Of a stretch of DNA of 64,000 nt, positions 11,434-23,133 are shown in pieces (positions within the stretch are counted from its first letter, which is position 1; every line of letters starts with the position of its first letter). Location: assembly GCF_001194135.2 (NCBI RefSeq), contig NC_068981.1, forward strand, positions 160,095,974-160,159,973, given 5' to 3'. Both the position numbers and the translations under genes were made by a program. Origin of the DNA: Octopus bimaculoides. Taxonomy: Eukaryota. The notes under the pieces were generated by a model, which saw only the letters and a list, made by a program, of their open reading frames with translations, was not told where the DNA came from and did no database searches.

Positions 11434-11864
11434 GAGACCTTTGGAAATGTGCTGTGCGTGAGAAGACCCGGCAAGCCAAGTAAGATCGTTGCCAGTGCCC
11501 CTGGACTGGTTCTTGTGCGGGTGGCACATGAGATGCACCATTTTGAGCGTGGCCGTTGCCAGTACCGCCTGACTGGCTCCTTGTATGATTTTCGAGCGAG
11601 ATCGTTGCCAGTGCCCCTGGACTGGCTTGTGCGGGTGGCACATAAAAGACACCATTTCGAGCGTGGCCGTTTTCGTGTGGGTGACACGTAAAAGCACCCA
11701 CTACACTCTCTGAGTGGTTGGCGTTAGGAAGGGCATCCAGCTGTAGAAACTCTGCCAAATCAGACTGGAGCCTGGTGTTGCCATCCGGTTTCACCAGTCC
11801 TCAGTCAAATCGTCCAACCCATGCTAGCATGGAAAGCGGACGTTAAACGATGATGATGATGATG
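11434..11864 (+). mobile_element. Young 5'-truncated RTE LINE insertion
   Basis: Begins in the ORF end RDLWKCAVREKTRQAK* (TAA at 11481-11483), then 3' UTR and (GAT)n tail. 7-bp TSD atatgtc at 11427-11433 and 11865-11871. Confidence 0.9.
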
Positions 11865-12676
11865 ATATGTCAGTTGATGTTTGCTGGAGATGACATTAAC
11901 TATGGCTATTTAGCAATCCACATTCTGTTTATTACAATCAATATTCACCAGGTAACTTAGGTTTACATTTCTTTGTCGTGTATCTGCATTGAGGAAGGCA
12001 AAAACACCAACTTTACTACCTTCCCGAAAAATTTCAAGCTTGTGTGTGTTTTTTTTGTTTTTTTTTTTGTTTTTTTTTTTTCGTTACTGAAAATCATTCC
12101 CAACAAAGTCCATTGGGTACTTCTGGGCAGCAGAGTGCAATAAATATCACAAATTCCATATACACATGCTTAAGTAAAAGATGGCTAGGAAATGATTAAA
12201 TAATGGATGAAAGATTTAAATCAAATACAATAAAACTGACAAATATAATATGATAAGATATAATAATTGGGATGACCTCAAGAGATAAAGATGACAATAA
12301 AATAAAACACAATACTAATGAAAAAGCTGACCAAATATTAAAATAAAGGACAGTTAACTTGAGGGCAAGCTTAACCCTGAAGCTAAAAATGGTCATCAAG
12401 GTAATATTTTATTGCAAAACAATGGAGAGACTTTAGTCCAGCTGTTCTTGGGCAAAAATTTGTGCATGGAACTTGCAGCATGCCTTTGAGATATCCTAGA
12501 AATATGGATGCAATTTACTAAATTCAGTAAACTAAGGTCTGATAGGAAGTTCAAGGACTGGTGAGACCAGGTAATAAGGCTCTTCCATGAAAGATGTTCA
12601 GATTAACTTCATTCCCTGATCCCACCAGTAATGAAAGACCTCATCACCAGCAATACTATGTATTTGATTTCACACT

Positions 12677-13060
12677 GTGGAGGCGCAATGGCCCAGTGGT
12701 TAGGGCAGTGGACTTGCGGTCACAGGATCGCAGTTTTGATTCCCAGACCGGGTGTTGTGAGTGTTTATTGAGCGAAAACACCTAAAGCTCCACGAGGCTC
12801 TGGCAGGGGATGGTGGCGAACCCTGCTGTACTCTTTCACCACAACTTTCTCTCACTCTTACTTCCTGTTTCTGTTGTGCCTGTAATTCAAAGGGTCAGCC
12901 TTGTCACACTGTGTCACACTGAATACCCCCGAGAACTACGTTAAGGGTACACGTGTCTGTGGAGTGCTCAGCCACTTGCACGTTAATTTCATGAGCAGGC
13001 TGTTCCGTTGATCGGATCAACTGGAACCCTCGACGTCGTAAGCGACGGAGAGCCAACAAC
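12677..13060 (+). mobile_element. Full-length young tRNA-derived SINE
   Basis: A box TGGCCCAGTGG (12689-12699), B-box-like GTTTTGATTCC (12733-12743), CpGs intact, (AAC)n tail. 11-bp TSD gatttcacact at 12666-12676 and 13061-13071. Confidence 0.92.
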
Positions 13061-13805
13061 GATTTCACACTCTATCAAGTACATGTTTTGGAGGAACCAA
13101 CTATATTTTTGGATGGATCAGCCTCTTGTTGTGATATAATAGAGCTTCAGGTGTTAATAACTTTTTGAATGGTATAAAGAGTTCTTTGGCACTTAACAAG
13201 CATGGCTGGAGTTTGCAAGTTTTTCCTCTTTTGGAATTCAAATAAGTATGTACAAATAATTTCTTTTGCACACACACACACACACAAGGTAAAACTTCAG
13301 TATGAATTACAAAATTACAGCTCAACTTCAATTGAAATGACCTTTCTTTTTATTTTGTAATTCGTATTCGTGATGAGCATATTTAGAAACTTTATCTCCA
13401 CCCCCACCTCTTATTTTTTACCAAAATTTCTTTGGGTTCCTGTTTCCGATATAGGAAACTAGGATTTTGCCCCCAAAACACGTTTTCAAAATGTTAATAA
13501 TCCTAATCCTCCCCACCCCAAATTTAAAATTTTTAACTTTTTTCAAAATTTATTTTTAATCCACGTAGAAAAATAGAGATTACGAATCTTTAAGAATTAA
13601 AAAAAAATTTTTCTTAAAGAAACACCCAACCTCCGCCCATCATCTAATATTTTAGTTTTTAGCTTTTTTGAAAGCAGGGAAGATTTTCCAGAAATAATGT
13701 CGCTTAGCTGTTGTTTTTAGCATGTCGGGATTTCTGGTGGAGGTCTGATATTTTTGACGTCTGCTATTTCAGTAGAATTCTACACATGCGTGAAACATCA
13801 GACCA

Positions 13806-14654
13806 GAGCTTTTCCCTCATAACTTTTAGGAGAATGGCGTTTTTTCCAATGAAATTTTATAGGAATACCTTTCAAACGGCATACATTACGATTATAAAGA
13901 AAATTGTGGGGAAAATCTTTTCCAAGGGGGTGGGGAGAGGACTTCAGAAAGTTCACAAAATCCGAGCTTTTCCCTCATAACTTTTAGGAAAATGGATATT
14001 TTTCAATGAAATTTTATAGAAATACCTTTGAAACGGCATACATAACGACTATAGAGTAATTTGTGGGGAAACTCTTGAGGTGGGGAGAGGACTTTCGGAA
14101 AATTCCCAAGATCCGAATTTTGCCCCGTTATATTCCGAAATTACATTCAACTTTCTACAGATACCCTAGCGTAGCACTACTACACTACGTAGTGTTTATT
14201 TCTACCCACTTTCTATAATTTTTAGTGTTTTGGCTTCAATTTTGTTTCATTTTCAATTATTTTTACGCTTTTTCAACCCTTCGTCGTTATTCCCATTCAC
14301 TCGTTATTACTTTCTCTCTCTCTATATATATATAGAGATACATATATTATGTATATATATATACATACACACACACATACATATATACACACATATATAT
14401 ATACACGCACACATATATACACACACACACACATATATACAGTTATGAGGGAAAAACTCGCATCTTGTGAATTTTCCAAAGTCCTCTCCCCACCCTTTGG
14501 AAAAGATTTTCACCACAAATTACTTTATAATCGTAATGTATGCCGTTTGAAAGCTATTTCTATAAAATTTCATTGAAAAAAACCCATTTTCCTAAAAGTT
14601 AAGAAGGAAAAGTTCGGATCTTGTGAATTTTCCGAAGTTCTCTCCCCCACCCTC
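13806..14654. repeat. Foldback-like structure: tandem ~155-bp units with an inverted copy
   Basis: Units start at 13806 and 13964 (gagcttttccctcataacttttagg...). The inverted arm is 14441-14654. The spacer contains a (TA)n/(CA)n array at ~14315-14440. Confidence 0.8.
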
Positions 14655-15939
14655 CCGTTGCTTTGCGCACTTTTTTTTTTTCATATTTGTTTCCTGCACA
14701 TTGTTTTACATCCATTCCAATATTTTCTTTTTTTTTGTTTCATTTTCATTTCCGAGTCAAGATGTAAACATTAACCAAAAAAATTACCAGATTCGTTATC
14801 TCTGTATTTTTCTACTGGATTCTTTCTTTCTTTCTTTTTTGGTGGACTAGTATCGAAAGATCGCCTTAGGACTTATTCTTTGTAAGCCTAGTACTTATTC
14901 TATCGGTCTCTTTTGCCAAACCACTAAGCAAAATCGTATTCTCCTATACTGCAAACATATAAATCCGAAAAAAATCTGATAGTAATAAAAACCACCGAAA
15001 ACAGGTGGTGTACACATTCTTTACCTTTGTCATGAAGTTGATCGTCGACGCACTCTAATCACAGGTTTATGTTTACGTGCTATCCTGTCATTTTGCCCTC
15101 CATTTCTTTTTCTGCCGCTATCACAAAGTCGTCTGCTTTCCGAAGCTGATTGATCTGCTAATTGGTCTTCCATTCAGACACTCTCGATTTACTTTCCTCA
15201 TCTCGCCACCCGTATAGTGCTCTTCTCTTTGCAAGCCCTATACTAAACAATTTTACAAGTCCTTTATTCCCAGAACGTTAGTCCTTTCCAATTCTTTCAC
15301 TGCATGTTTGTTTTTTCATCAGCTGTCCAAGAGTAACATCAATCACACCGATCTCACAGGCCTCGGAGTCTTCGATGACTATAGGTACAGACCCTTCTTC
15401 TAGATCAACTATTATCCCTTCTTTTCAGTTTGGGTACTTCTTGAAAGTCGAGCCGGTGGATCGTTTCAACGTCTACCATTTACGTTTTGGGTTTTAAATC
15501 CTGCTGGGGGTTAATTTACTGTTTTAAGTTTACCGTTTTAACCTTCTGTGTTTTATAAAATGATTTACTAGTCCAATACTGGGGTTGGTTGAATATTCTT
15601 ATAAGCGATCATGTAGATATGTGCACCACTTAGACTTTTGTCAACCAGCAGTTATTATGAAAGTGATGTCTTTAAACTTGCATATTGATAGACATCGTTT
15701 ATCACTCTCAGTAATATAATCATTAGTTTCTTTAATAATGAAAATGAAGACAAATCATCAAAACATTATTTAAAACAGTAATCAATTTAAAGAACTAACA
15801 GCAAAAACAAGTGAACTTTTATAGCTTCCTTTCAAATGAAAACCTAAGTCGAAGAACCAGAATAGTGAACTGGCAAAATCGTTAGAGGGTCGGACAAAAT
15901 ACCTTGATATATTTCTTCCAGCTCATTATGTCCTGATGG

Positions 15940-16150
15940 AAAACGAGAAGACAAAGGTGACTATGTTACGCTCGCATATCAGCTCGTCGAACGGATTTAT
16001 TTACAGAGGGCGGACGGATTAACTTTTCAAGGAAACTAATTTGAAGTGTAACCGATTGCAATTTCTCCGGTGTTGTGTGCACATGCGTGTAAGGTAAACG
16101 TTAACAAGTTGGAAGCAGGCGACACTTACCATAAGACTTTCAGTAAGTTG
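15940..16150 (+). promoter_or_regulatory. Candidate ASCC3 promoter / non-coding first exon
   Basis: CpG-retaining sequence I could not assign to a repeat, with donor-like sites AAG|gtaaac (16094) and CA|gtaagt (16143) followed by T-rich sequence. The acceptor just before the ATG implies an upstream exon; its location is inferred. Confidence 0.4.
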
Positions 16151-17632
16151 GGAAATATGTTAAAAATACATCTTTTTGACGAATATTCGCTTAGATTTTA
16201 TCATTTATTTTATTTTTCTTTGATTGTCAGGAATAGTTGACTTTAGTTTTGAAGTGATAATATGAGAACTTGAAAAATATGTTAACTTTTTTTCTCTTAG
16301 TTTCTGTTTGATTTTACTTTTACATATAAAACATTTGGCAAAAAGATATTTCCCGAAGGAAATATTTTTTCCAAACGTTATACCTTTTCATTTCTCTATA
16401 CTTTTTTTTGTGTGTGTTTACAATCAGAATTTCTTAACTAAACAGTAATTCAGTAAAAAAAATGAAACAAGACAAACAACATAATTTACAAAAGTAAAAA
16501 GTAATGGAAGAATGAAAAATGAAAAAAAAAAGAAAAAGAAATAGAAGATTTAAAAGAAAATGGAAATTAGCAAATAGATAATCAAAATAGCGGCATACAC
16601 ACTTCTTCAGCAATATATCACTCCATGAAAACTTGTGTTTTCTGAAAAAATTTGGGAACCCCCTCCACCTCATTCCTATTGACGATTGTTGACATAATAT
16701 TAAGTTTCTCATCAAAAAGAAAAACATTAACTTTGCTAGTAAATAATTTTATGTAATACAACAACAATAATAATCATTATTCCTAGTATAGGCACAAGGC
16801 CCGAAATTTGTGGGGATGGGTTAGTCGATGTAATCGACGGTGATGACTGATTGGTACTTTATTTTATCGATCTGTAAAAGATGAAAGGCAATGTTGACCT
16901 CGGTGGGATGTGAACTCGGGATGTAGAGAGCGGGAATAAGTACCGCAGGGTATTTTGCCCGACTCTAACCATTTCTCCCAAACCATTATTTTGATTCTGC
17001 CAGCGAATCATTTGGAAAGGGAAACTGTGAAAGTTTACCACTTGTTTTTGTGGTTAATTCTTTAGATAATCTGTCTTAACTGTCATTATTAAAAAAAAAT
17101 AAAATAAAAAGACTAATTGTATTACTGAGACTGATAAATAATGTCTATTTTATGAAAATAATCCACTAAAACTCGAAGATATGAAACGATTTGTCACCAT
17201 TTCATACTTTGGATATAAATCAGTGGTTCTCAACGGGGGTCCATTTAAGATTTTAAAATTTATCGGCGATAAATTAGTCATAATTCTACAATATACAAAA
17301 TATTGTAACAAATTTTTAAATAATATTTAATTAAATAAATTTTTAATAATATTTACTTATAAAACTATGAAAGAATTTTTTAAACATAGAATGGCTAGGA
17401 GTAAAATAGGAATTCAAAGGGGGTCCATAGATAAAAAAATACTCTCAGAAATAGTATTAATAACATAAGGTTTCCTTTTGCTTCTATGGAACCCACATTT
17501 ATTCGAAGAAAAAATAGGTTTATTTTCCATTTTTCATTTTGCCATGTCTCTTTTTATAAAGTAAAACTGAAAACTGATGACCCATAAACAACTATTGCAC
17601 CATCCATTTACCTAATGTATTTGCGTTTTACA

Positions 17633-18135
17633 AACTGCACAAGAACTCAGATTCATTTAACAGAAGGAAACGAACCAATTTCTATGTCCCGTTAATAGTT
17701 TTTTTGAAAGGGAAGTGAAAAGACGAACACTTTAGAAAGAGTGAAAGTGAGCTAAAAAAAGTGAAAGAGAGATTCTGCGCGGTTGCACGGCTTTCTGGAA
17801 ATAGCACCCAAGTCTCCCTCAAATTGCACAACCGTCTGAAACAGTTGTGGGCAACATACGGCCCACGGAATTTTCTAAATGGTACGTCTAGCAAAAAAAA
17901 TTATCTTAAATTTCTTAGTGCGTTTGCCTGATGATGATCCATGTTTCATGCGACCCGCTTTATATTGTCCATATCTAGTCCCCCCCAAAAAAACATTGTA
18001 TGAAATAGTCCTAGACACGAAGCACATATTCGTCACCTCTGCCAACAACGTTAGGGTGGAAGAAAATATAAGCTAACGGGACATAAAAATAAGTTCGTTT
18101 CCTTCTGTTAAATGAACCTGAATTCTTGTGCAGTT
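17633..18135. mobile_element. MITE-like element with ~62-bp inverted arms
   Basis: 17633-17694 (aactgcacaagaactcagattcatttaacagaaggaaacgaac...gtcccgtta) is inverted at 18074-18135 with about 5 mismatches. Termini and TSD not resolved. Confidence 0.7.
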
Positions 18136-18563
18136 AGTGAGAACACATTTGGTCGTAGGTCTTTTTGACCAGGACTGACCTGCAGATCACCCAGTAGCGA
18201 CTGGGGCAGCTAGGGTGCTCGATCTGCTGCAAACCTCCCTCAAATCGCAACTTACTGTCTAGATATGATATAAATAAGACAGGATGGTCACGGTTGGAAC
18301 TCCTTTGGTCGCAGGTCTTGATCAGAGCCGACTTGGGTTATCAACAGCCGAATCACTAATTCAACATGTCAAAAGCCCTACCGCTATTGTGCGTTTACAG
18401 CTTGATCGTAACTGATTCTGCGAAATGCTTTTTTTTTAATGCACTCGTTAAACCAGTCATATAGTTGAGGACCCTATGTGGAAATCAAAACAAATTGTGT
18501 CGAGGGAAGAGTCGTGTAAAATACATGATAATCTTCTAAAATACATAACATATCGTTTCATTG

Positions 18564-18597
<34 letters not shown>

Positions 18598-19071
18598 CTT
18601 CTTCTTTTACAATAGTGCATATTACAATATATATTATTTTCGCTTTGCAACTTTAATAATAACATTCCGATCCAAAACTGATTACCCAGTGTAATAAAAT
18701 TGGTAATTGCTATGACTTGCAATTTGGCTTAATATAAAAGTTTTTCAGTTCCACAAAAACTTTCAGTTTGTGTTGGCTACTCTTATACATTATTATTGTT
18801 GTTGAAGTGGAAAATTATCTAACAGACGCACATTTAGATTTATGGATATATGTGTCTGTGTTGAACAATTTTTCATTTAAATGTAACTAGTTCTGTAAAG
18901 AATGAATTAGAAACGTTTGAATAATTTAAATATAAAACCTGAACACGGCTGTATTTTTAATAAAAAGAATGTTTAGGTAATAAATAGATGTATATAAAAA
19001 CTTAAATGAAACCAAAGAAATTTATATCAGGAAGTTAACGTTTGTTATAACAGGAGGAATAGAACTTAATG

Positions 19072-19104
<33 letters not shown>

Positions 19105-19160
19105 CAATCTTTTGACACGCTTGCTTTCATCGAAAGATCGCCATACAAATACACACTTAA

Positions 19161-19289
19161 GATTTTTAATCGATAAAAGTTACAAAGTGGCTCAAAGGCC
19201 AAGTGTTTCGTGCGTGACACGTTTAATGAAGTACTATGCATGAAACTCAGTCCTTGAGTCACTTTGTAACTTCTGCCGATTAAAAATAA
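19161..19289. repeat. Short TTAA-flanked palindromic element
   Basis: Arms 19164-19196 (ttttaatcgataaaagttacaaagtggctcaa) and 19253-19285, with TTAA at 19157-19160 and 19290-19293. Confidence 0.55.
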
Positions 19290-20207
19290 TTAAAAGAATA
19301 TTAGAAAGTAACTACATTCCTTCTTTCGCAGTCAAGCTAAACTGAAAAACTTCTAAACCAAACCAAAAGTCTTGTTTTAATGTTTATTAATTACACTCGA
19401 CGAATTATGATTCACTTTTTCTATTTATTCAGTCGGCATGTTTTCCCGCTGTATACAGGTATCAATGTTTTAAAATATAAATGATTTCATAGATTTAGAG
19501 TTGAAATTCTTTACATTTACTGCAGCTCAAGTTTCAAATATTAAATGTTTTTCTGGTGACTTTAACTGGTGTATAAAAAATTTCACTACCTAACGTATGT
19601 CTGTGACACGTAAAAAGCACCCAGCCACACTCTGTATAGTGGTTGGCGTTAGGAAGAGCTTCCAGCTATAGAAACCATACTATAACAGACTATTGGAGTC
19701 TGGACAATAATGCTCCCTTCTCTCCTTCATGACATATTGTTGACATTCTGATTGTTTTGCACATACGCAATTTATTACTGAACGACATCTGTCCTAATTG
19801 TTATACTGCACTTCACTGAACAAATCAATGAATGATAAACTAAAGAATGATAACCAGCTGTACTGTTTACACAGACTGTAGCATCTAAAGTGTTATTACT
19901 TGTTGGTTACTCTCAACTATTTTACTGAATAATCAATACTGTATTTAAAAACAAAAAAAAAAGGAAAAATAAAGCCCAAAACACAGTTAATTAACCAGAG
20001 ATGTCATCTGCATGTAATCAACAGTTGACTATAGGTGAACTTACATCATAGAGAGCTTTAATAATCTAACTAGAAATTCTAATGTCATCAAGAGAGGAAA
20101 ATAGCTGAATAACTAATATTATTTTATTCTGTATTTCTAATTAGATTTTTGATGCTCTGCATTTGATATGTTCATTTTTACTTTTTCAGTGCTATAGGTC
20201 TTCTTAA

Positions 20208-20412
20208 CCCTTTTGGTACTGACCCTCCTAAAACTGCCCTGATTCTGTGATGCAAAATTCATATCTAAAAACTTCCAAGAAAATTTCATGTTAATTTATG
20301 CTCCACACACCAGCTTCATAATGACAAAGTAATTTTACTAAATTCTTCATTATTTAAAAAATTAATTGGAATTAAGACAATGAATTTCAACAGAAATATA
20401 GTGACAAAAGAG
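20208..20412. mobile_element. piggyBac-like MITE
   Basis: TTAA|cccttttggtac ... gtgacaaaagag|TTAA. The TIRs match at 9 of 12 positions. Confidence 0.5.
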
Positions 20413-21933
20413 TTAAGCAGAACTGACTGACTCTATACTTAGTAACAACAATGCAAGGATTTCTTTGAGGTAACCAACTTCTTGTTGATTATCAAAAAAG
20501 TTCTAGGACTGTCAGTTAATTTACATGTATTGAATTCATCATCATCATCATCGTTTAACGTCTGCTTTCCATGCTAGCATGGGTTGGACGATTTGACTGA
20601 GGATTGGCATGCCAGAAGGCTGCACCAGGCTCCAATCTGATCTGGCAGAGTTTCTACAGCTGGATGCCCTTCCTAATACCAACCACTCCAAGAGTGTAGT
20701 GGGTGCTTTTACGTGCCACCAGCACGAGGGCCAGTCAAACAGTACTGGCAACGGCCACGCTCAAAAGGTGATTTTTACGTGCCATCTGCACGGGAGCCAG
20801 TCCAGCGGCACTGGCAACGACCTCATCCTTTTTCCTTACCTCTTCCTCTGTAACTTGTCAAATACAGCAGCTGACATTTGTCTCTCATAGGTCAATGACT
20901 GAACACAATTGGCAGGACAACTGATTATTTAACGTCCATTTTCCATGCTGTCATAGGTTGGACAGTTTGGCTGAAAACTGGTAAGTTGCACTAGGTTCCA
21001 GTCTGATTTGGCATGGTTTCTACAGCTGGATCCCCTTCCTAACACCAACCACTCCAAAAGCGTAGTTGGTGCTTTTTACATGTCACTGGTATGGGTACCA
21101 GTTACGAAATACCAGCATGTGCCATGACTACAATCTTACTTAGCTTGACAGTTCTTCTCAAGCACAGTATATTGCCAAGGGTCTCAGTCACTTGTCACTG
21201 CCTCTGTGAGGCCCGAAGTTCAGCAAGTGCTTTTTCCATGCCGCCACCACAAGTGCCATTTGTGCAACACTGGCATCAGTCATGACTATGATTTCACCTC
21301 GCTTAACAGGTCTTCTGAAGCACGGCATATTGCTGGAGGGGGGGGTAGGAAGGAGAGGTAGATAGGGGAGGGGAAGGAGAGGTAGTGGTAAGTGAAATGT
21401 GTCATTTTTTTTAACTAAGTTTTTTTCCTCTGTTACTTAGCTGGTCCGTAAGACTTTTACGTGATTAATCGATGGGAAAGGCGAAGAAAGAAAGGAAAAG
21501 GAGAGAGAAAAAGAGGGTAAAGTGAGGAGCGAGAGAAAAAGGGGGAGAGTACTGTGTCTATAAAATTGTGCGTAAAGTATATAAAGTGCATTAAGTAACT
21601 CTCATATTCTAATTTCCATCACTTTTCAATGATTAGTAGATAAGCAACTATTTCTCCATACAGACACAACACAGGCTATACTTCCAGACTTTTTGGATAA
21701 AGTTTTCAGAAATAACCCAATAAGTTGACCATTAATTCCATGCAATATTCACAGGTCCCTCTAGTTCGTGATAAACTTTATCTTTAAGCATATTTCTAAA
21801 GATTTGCTTGTCATCTATTATACAGACCATTCTTTGTAAATATAATTAACCATTCTTTGTAAATATATATTAGAAAACATGCATTATTTGATTAATTCAT
21901 TTTACTGAATGAAAACGATTTCATTTTAAACAG

Positions 21934-22189
21934 ATGGCTTCCGTTGCCTGTGATACTCTTCCACGCCTGAGTAGTGCATTGCGAGCCTTCTCCAATGTAT
22001 CAGCTGAAGTATCTACATATGATAAAAGAAACAGAGAATTATTCAGCAAAAGGCTCCGAAGGGCCAAAGAACAGAATGAAGAAGAAAGTTGGTCCAAGCT
22101 GGTTACTATTATAAAGAAAAATGCCATTGTTGACCAGGCAGAATTGCAAGTATCTTTAAAAGAACTGAAAGACAGAGCAAAAGATATTG
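21934..22189 (+). CDS. ASCC3: ASCC3 coding exon 1 (start codon)
   Basis: MASVACDTLPRLSSALRAFSNVS resembles human MALPRLTGALRSFSNVT. The ATG directly follows an acceptor (tcattttaaacag|ATG). Donor G|gtaaat. Confidence 0.9.
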
Positions 22190-23133
22190 GTAAATATTTT
22201 ATAATTTTCAAAGAAAATAAGTGGCAGTGTAAATGACACTAATCCTTTTTCATTAATATCAGTTCACAACTTTTATATATTAATTTAAAAGAAGGACTAG
22301 TGTCATTTAAAAATCTTGCTTGAAGACAAACAGTTAATATTTTCTAAAAGTGATTTTAAATTTAAAGAAAAAGACTATAGTCTAGAGGTACAAGAATGCA
22401 TGTTTATCTTTCATTTTTTTGTTTTTGGTAACATTAGTAATGTTATTAATATTTAGTGTTTGTAAGGCAGTGAGTTGGCAGTATTGTTAGCATGCTGGGC
22501 AAAATGCTTTTTGTCCATCTTTATGTTCTGAGTTCAAATTCTACCAAGGTCGTCTTTGCATTTCATCTTTTCAGGGATCAATAAAATAAATACCAGTTGA
22601 ACACTGGGATCAGTGTAATCAACTTATCCCATCCACCTGTGCCAAAATCTGAAACCAATATTTAGTGACTCTATTCTTTCTTGTTATTAGACATAGTTAG
22701 TTGTCTAACATTGCTGGCTTGTGATGACTCTACAATTTACTACTAATTTAATTCTAATTATATTCATCTTTAGCCCTAATTCTTCATTTTAAACTTCTTT
22801 CAAGTCTTTTAAACAATTAGTCCTAAAGACATTATATATTGAACTCTCTCAAAATGTTTTCAACAAGCAGAATGAAAAGGATTTAGTTGAACAAAGATTC
22901 TGAATAAACAGCTTAGATTTCTCAATGAGTCTAATGCCAATTCTGACCTAAATAGCTCTCAAATCATTCATTCACAACTATCTTTCTTCATGGTAGAATT
23001 TGTTATTTATCACATAAATTTGTTGCAACTGATTCATCAGAATGGCAGATGAACTCTTTGTCTTAGAACAAGTTAAATTGCATTTTATTCACCTCCGCTC
23101 TGGAATTAAAGTGACTGAATATATAACGTTTAA

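Noticed and set aside
12677-12750. tRNA gene
   Set aside because: The tRNA-like head continues into a SINE body with tail and TSD. There is no clean cloverleaf or terminator.
14230-14576. ORFs rich in YI/HT/CV repeats (also 36889, 38748, 46481)
   Set aside because: These are translations of (TA)n/(CA)n microsatellites.
14852-19142. Exact 14-mer atcgaaagatcgcc at 14852 and 19129
   Set aside because: A few exact 14-mer matches are expected by chance in 64 kb, and there is no flanking similarity.
21335-21385. G-rich purine tract as a functional G-quadruplex
   Set aside because: It is low-complexity sequence at the edge of a decayed LINE, with irregular G-runs and no supporting evidence.
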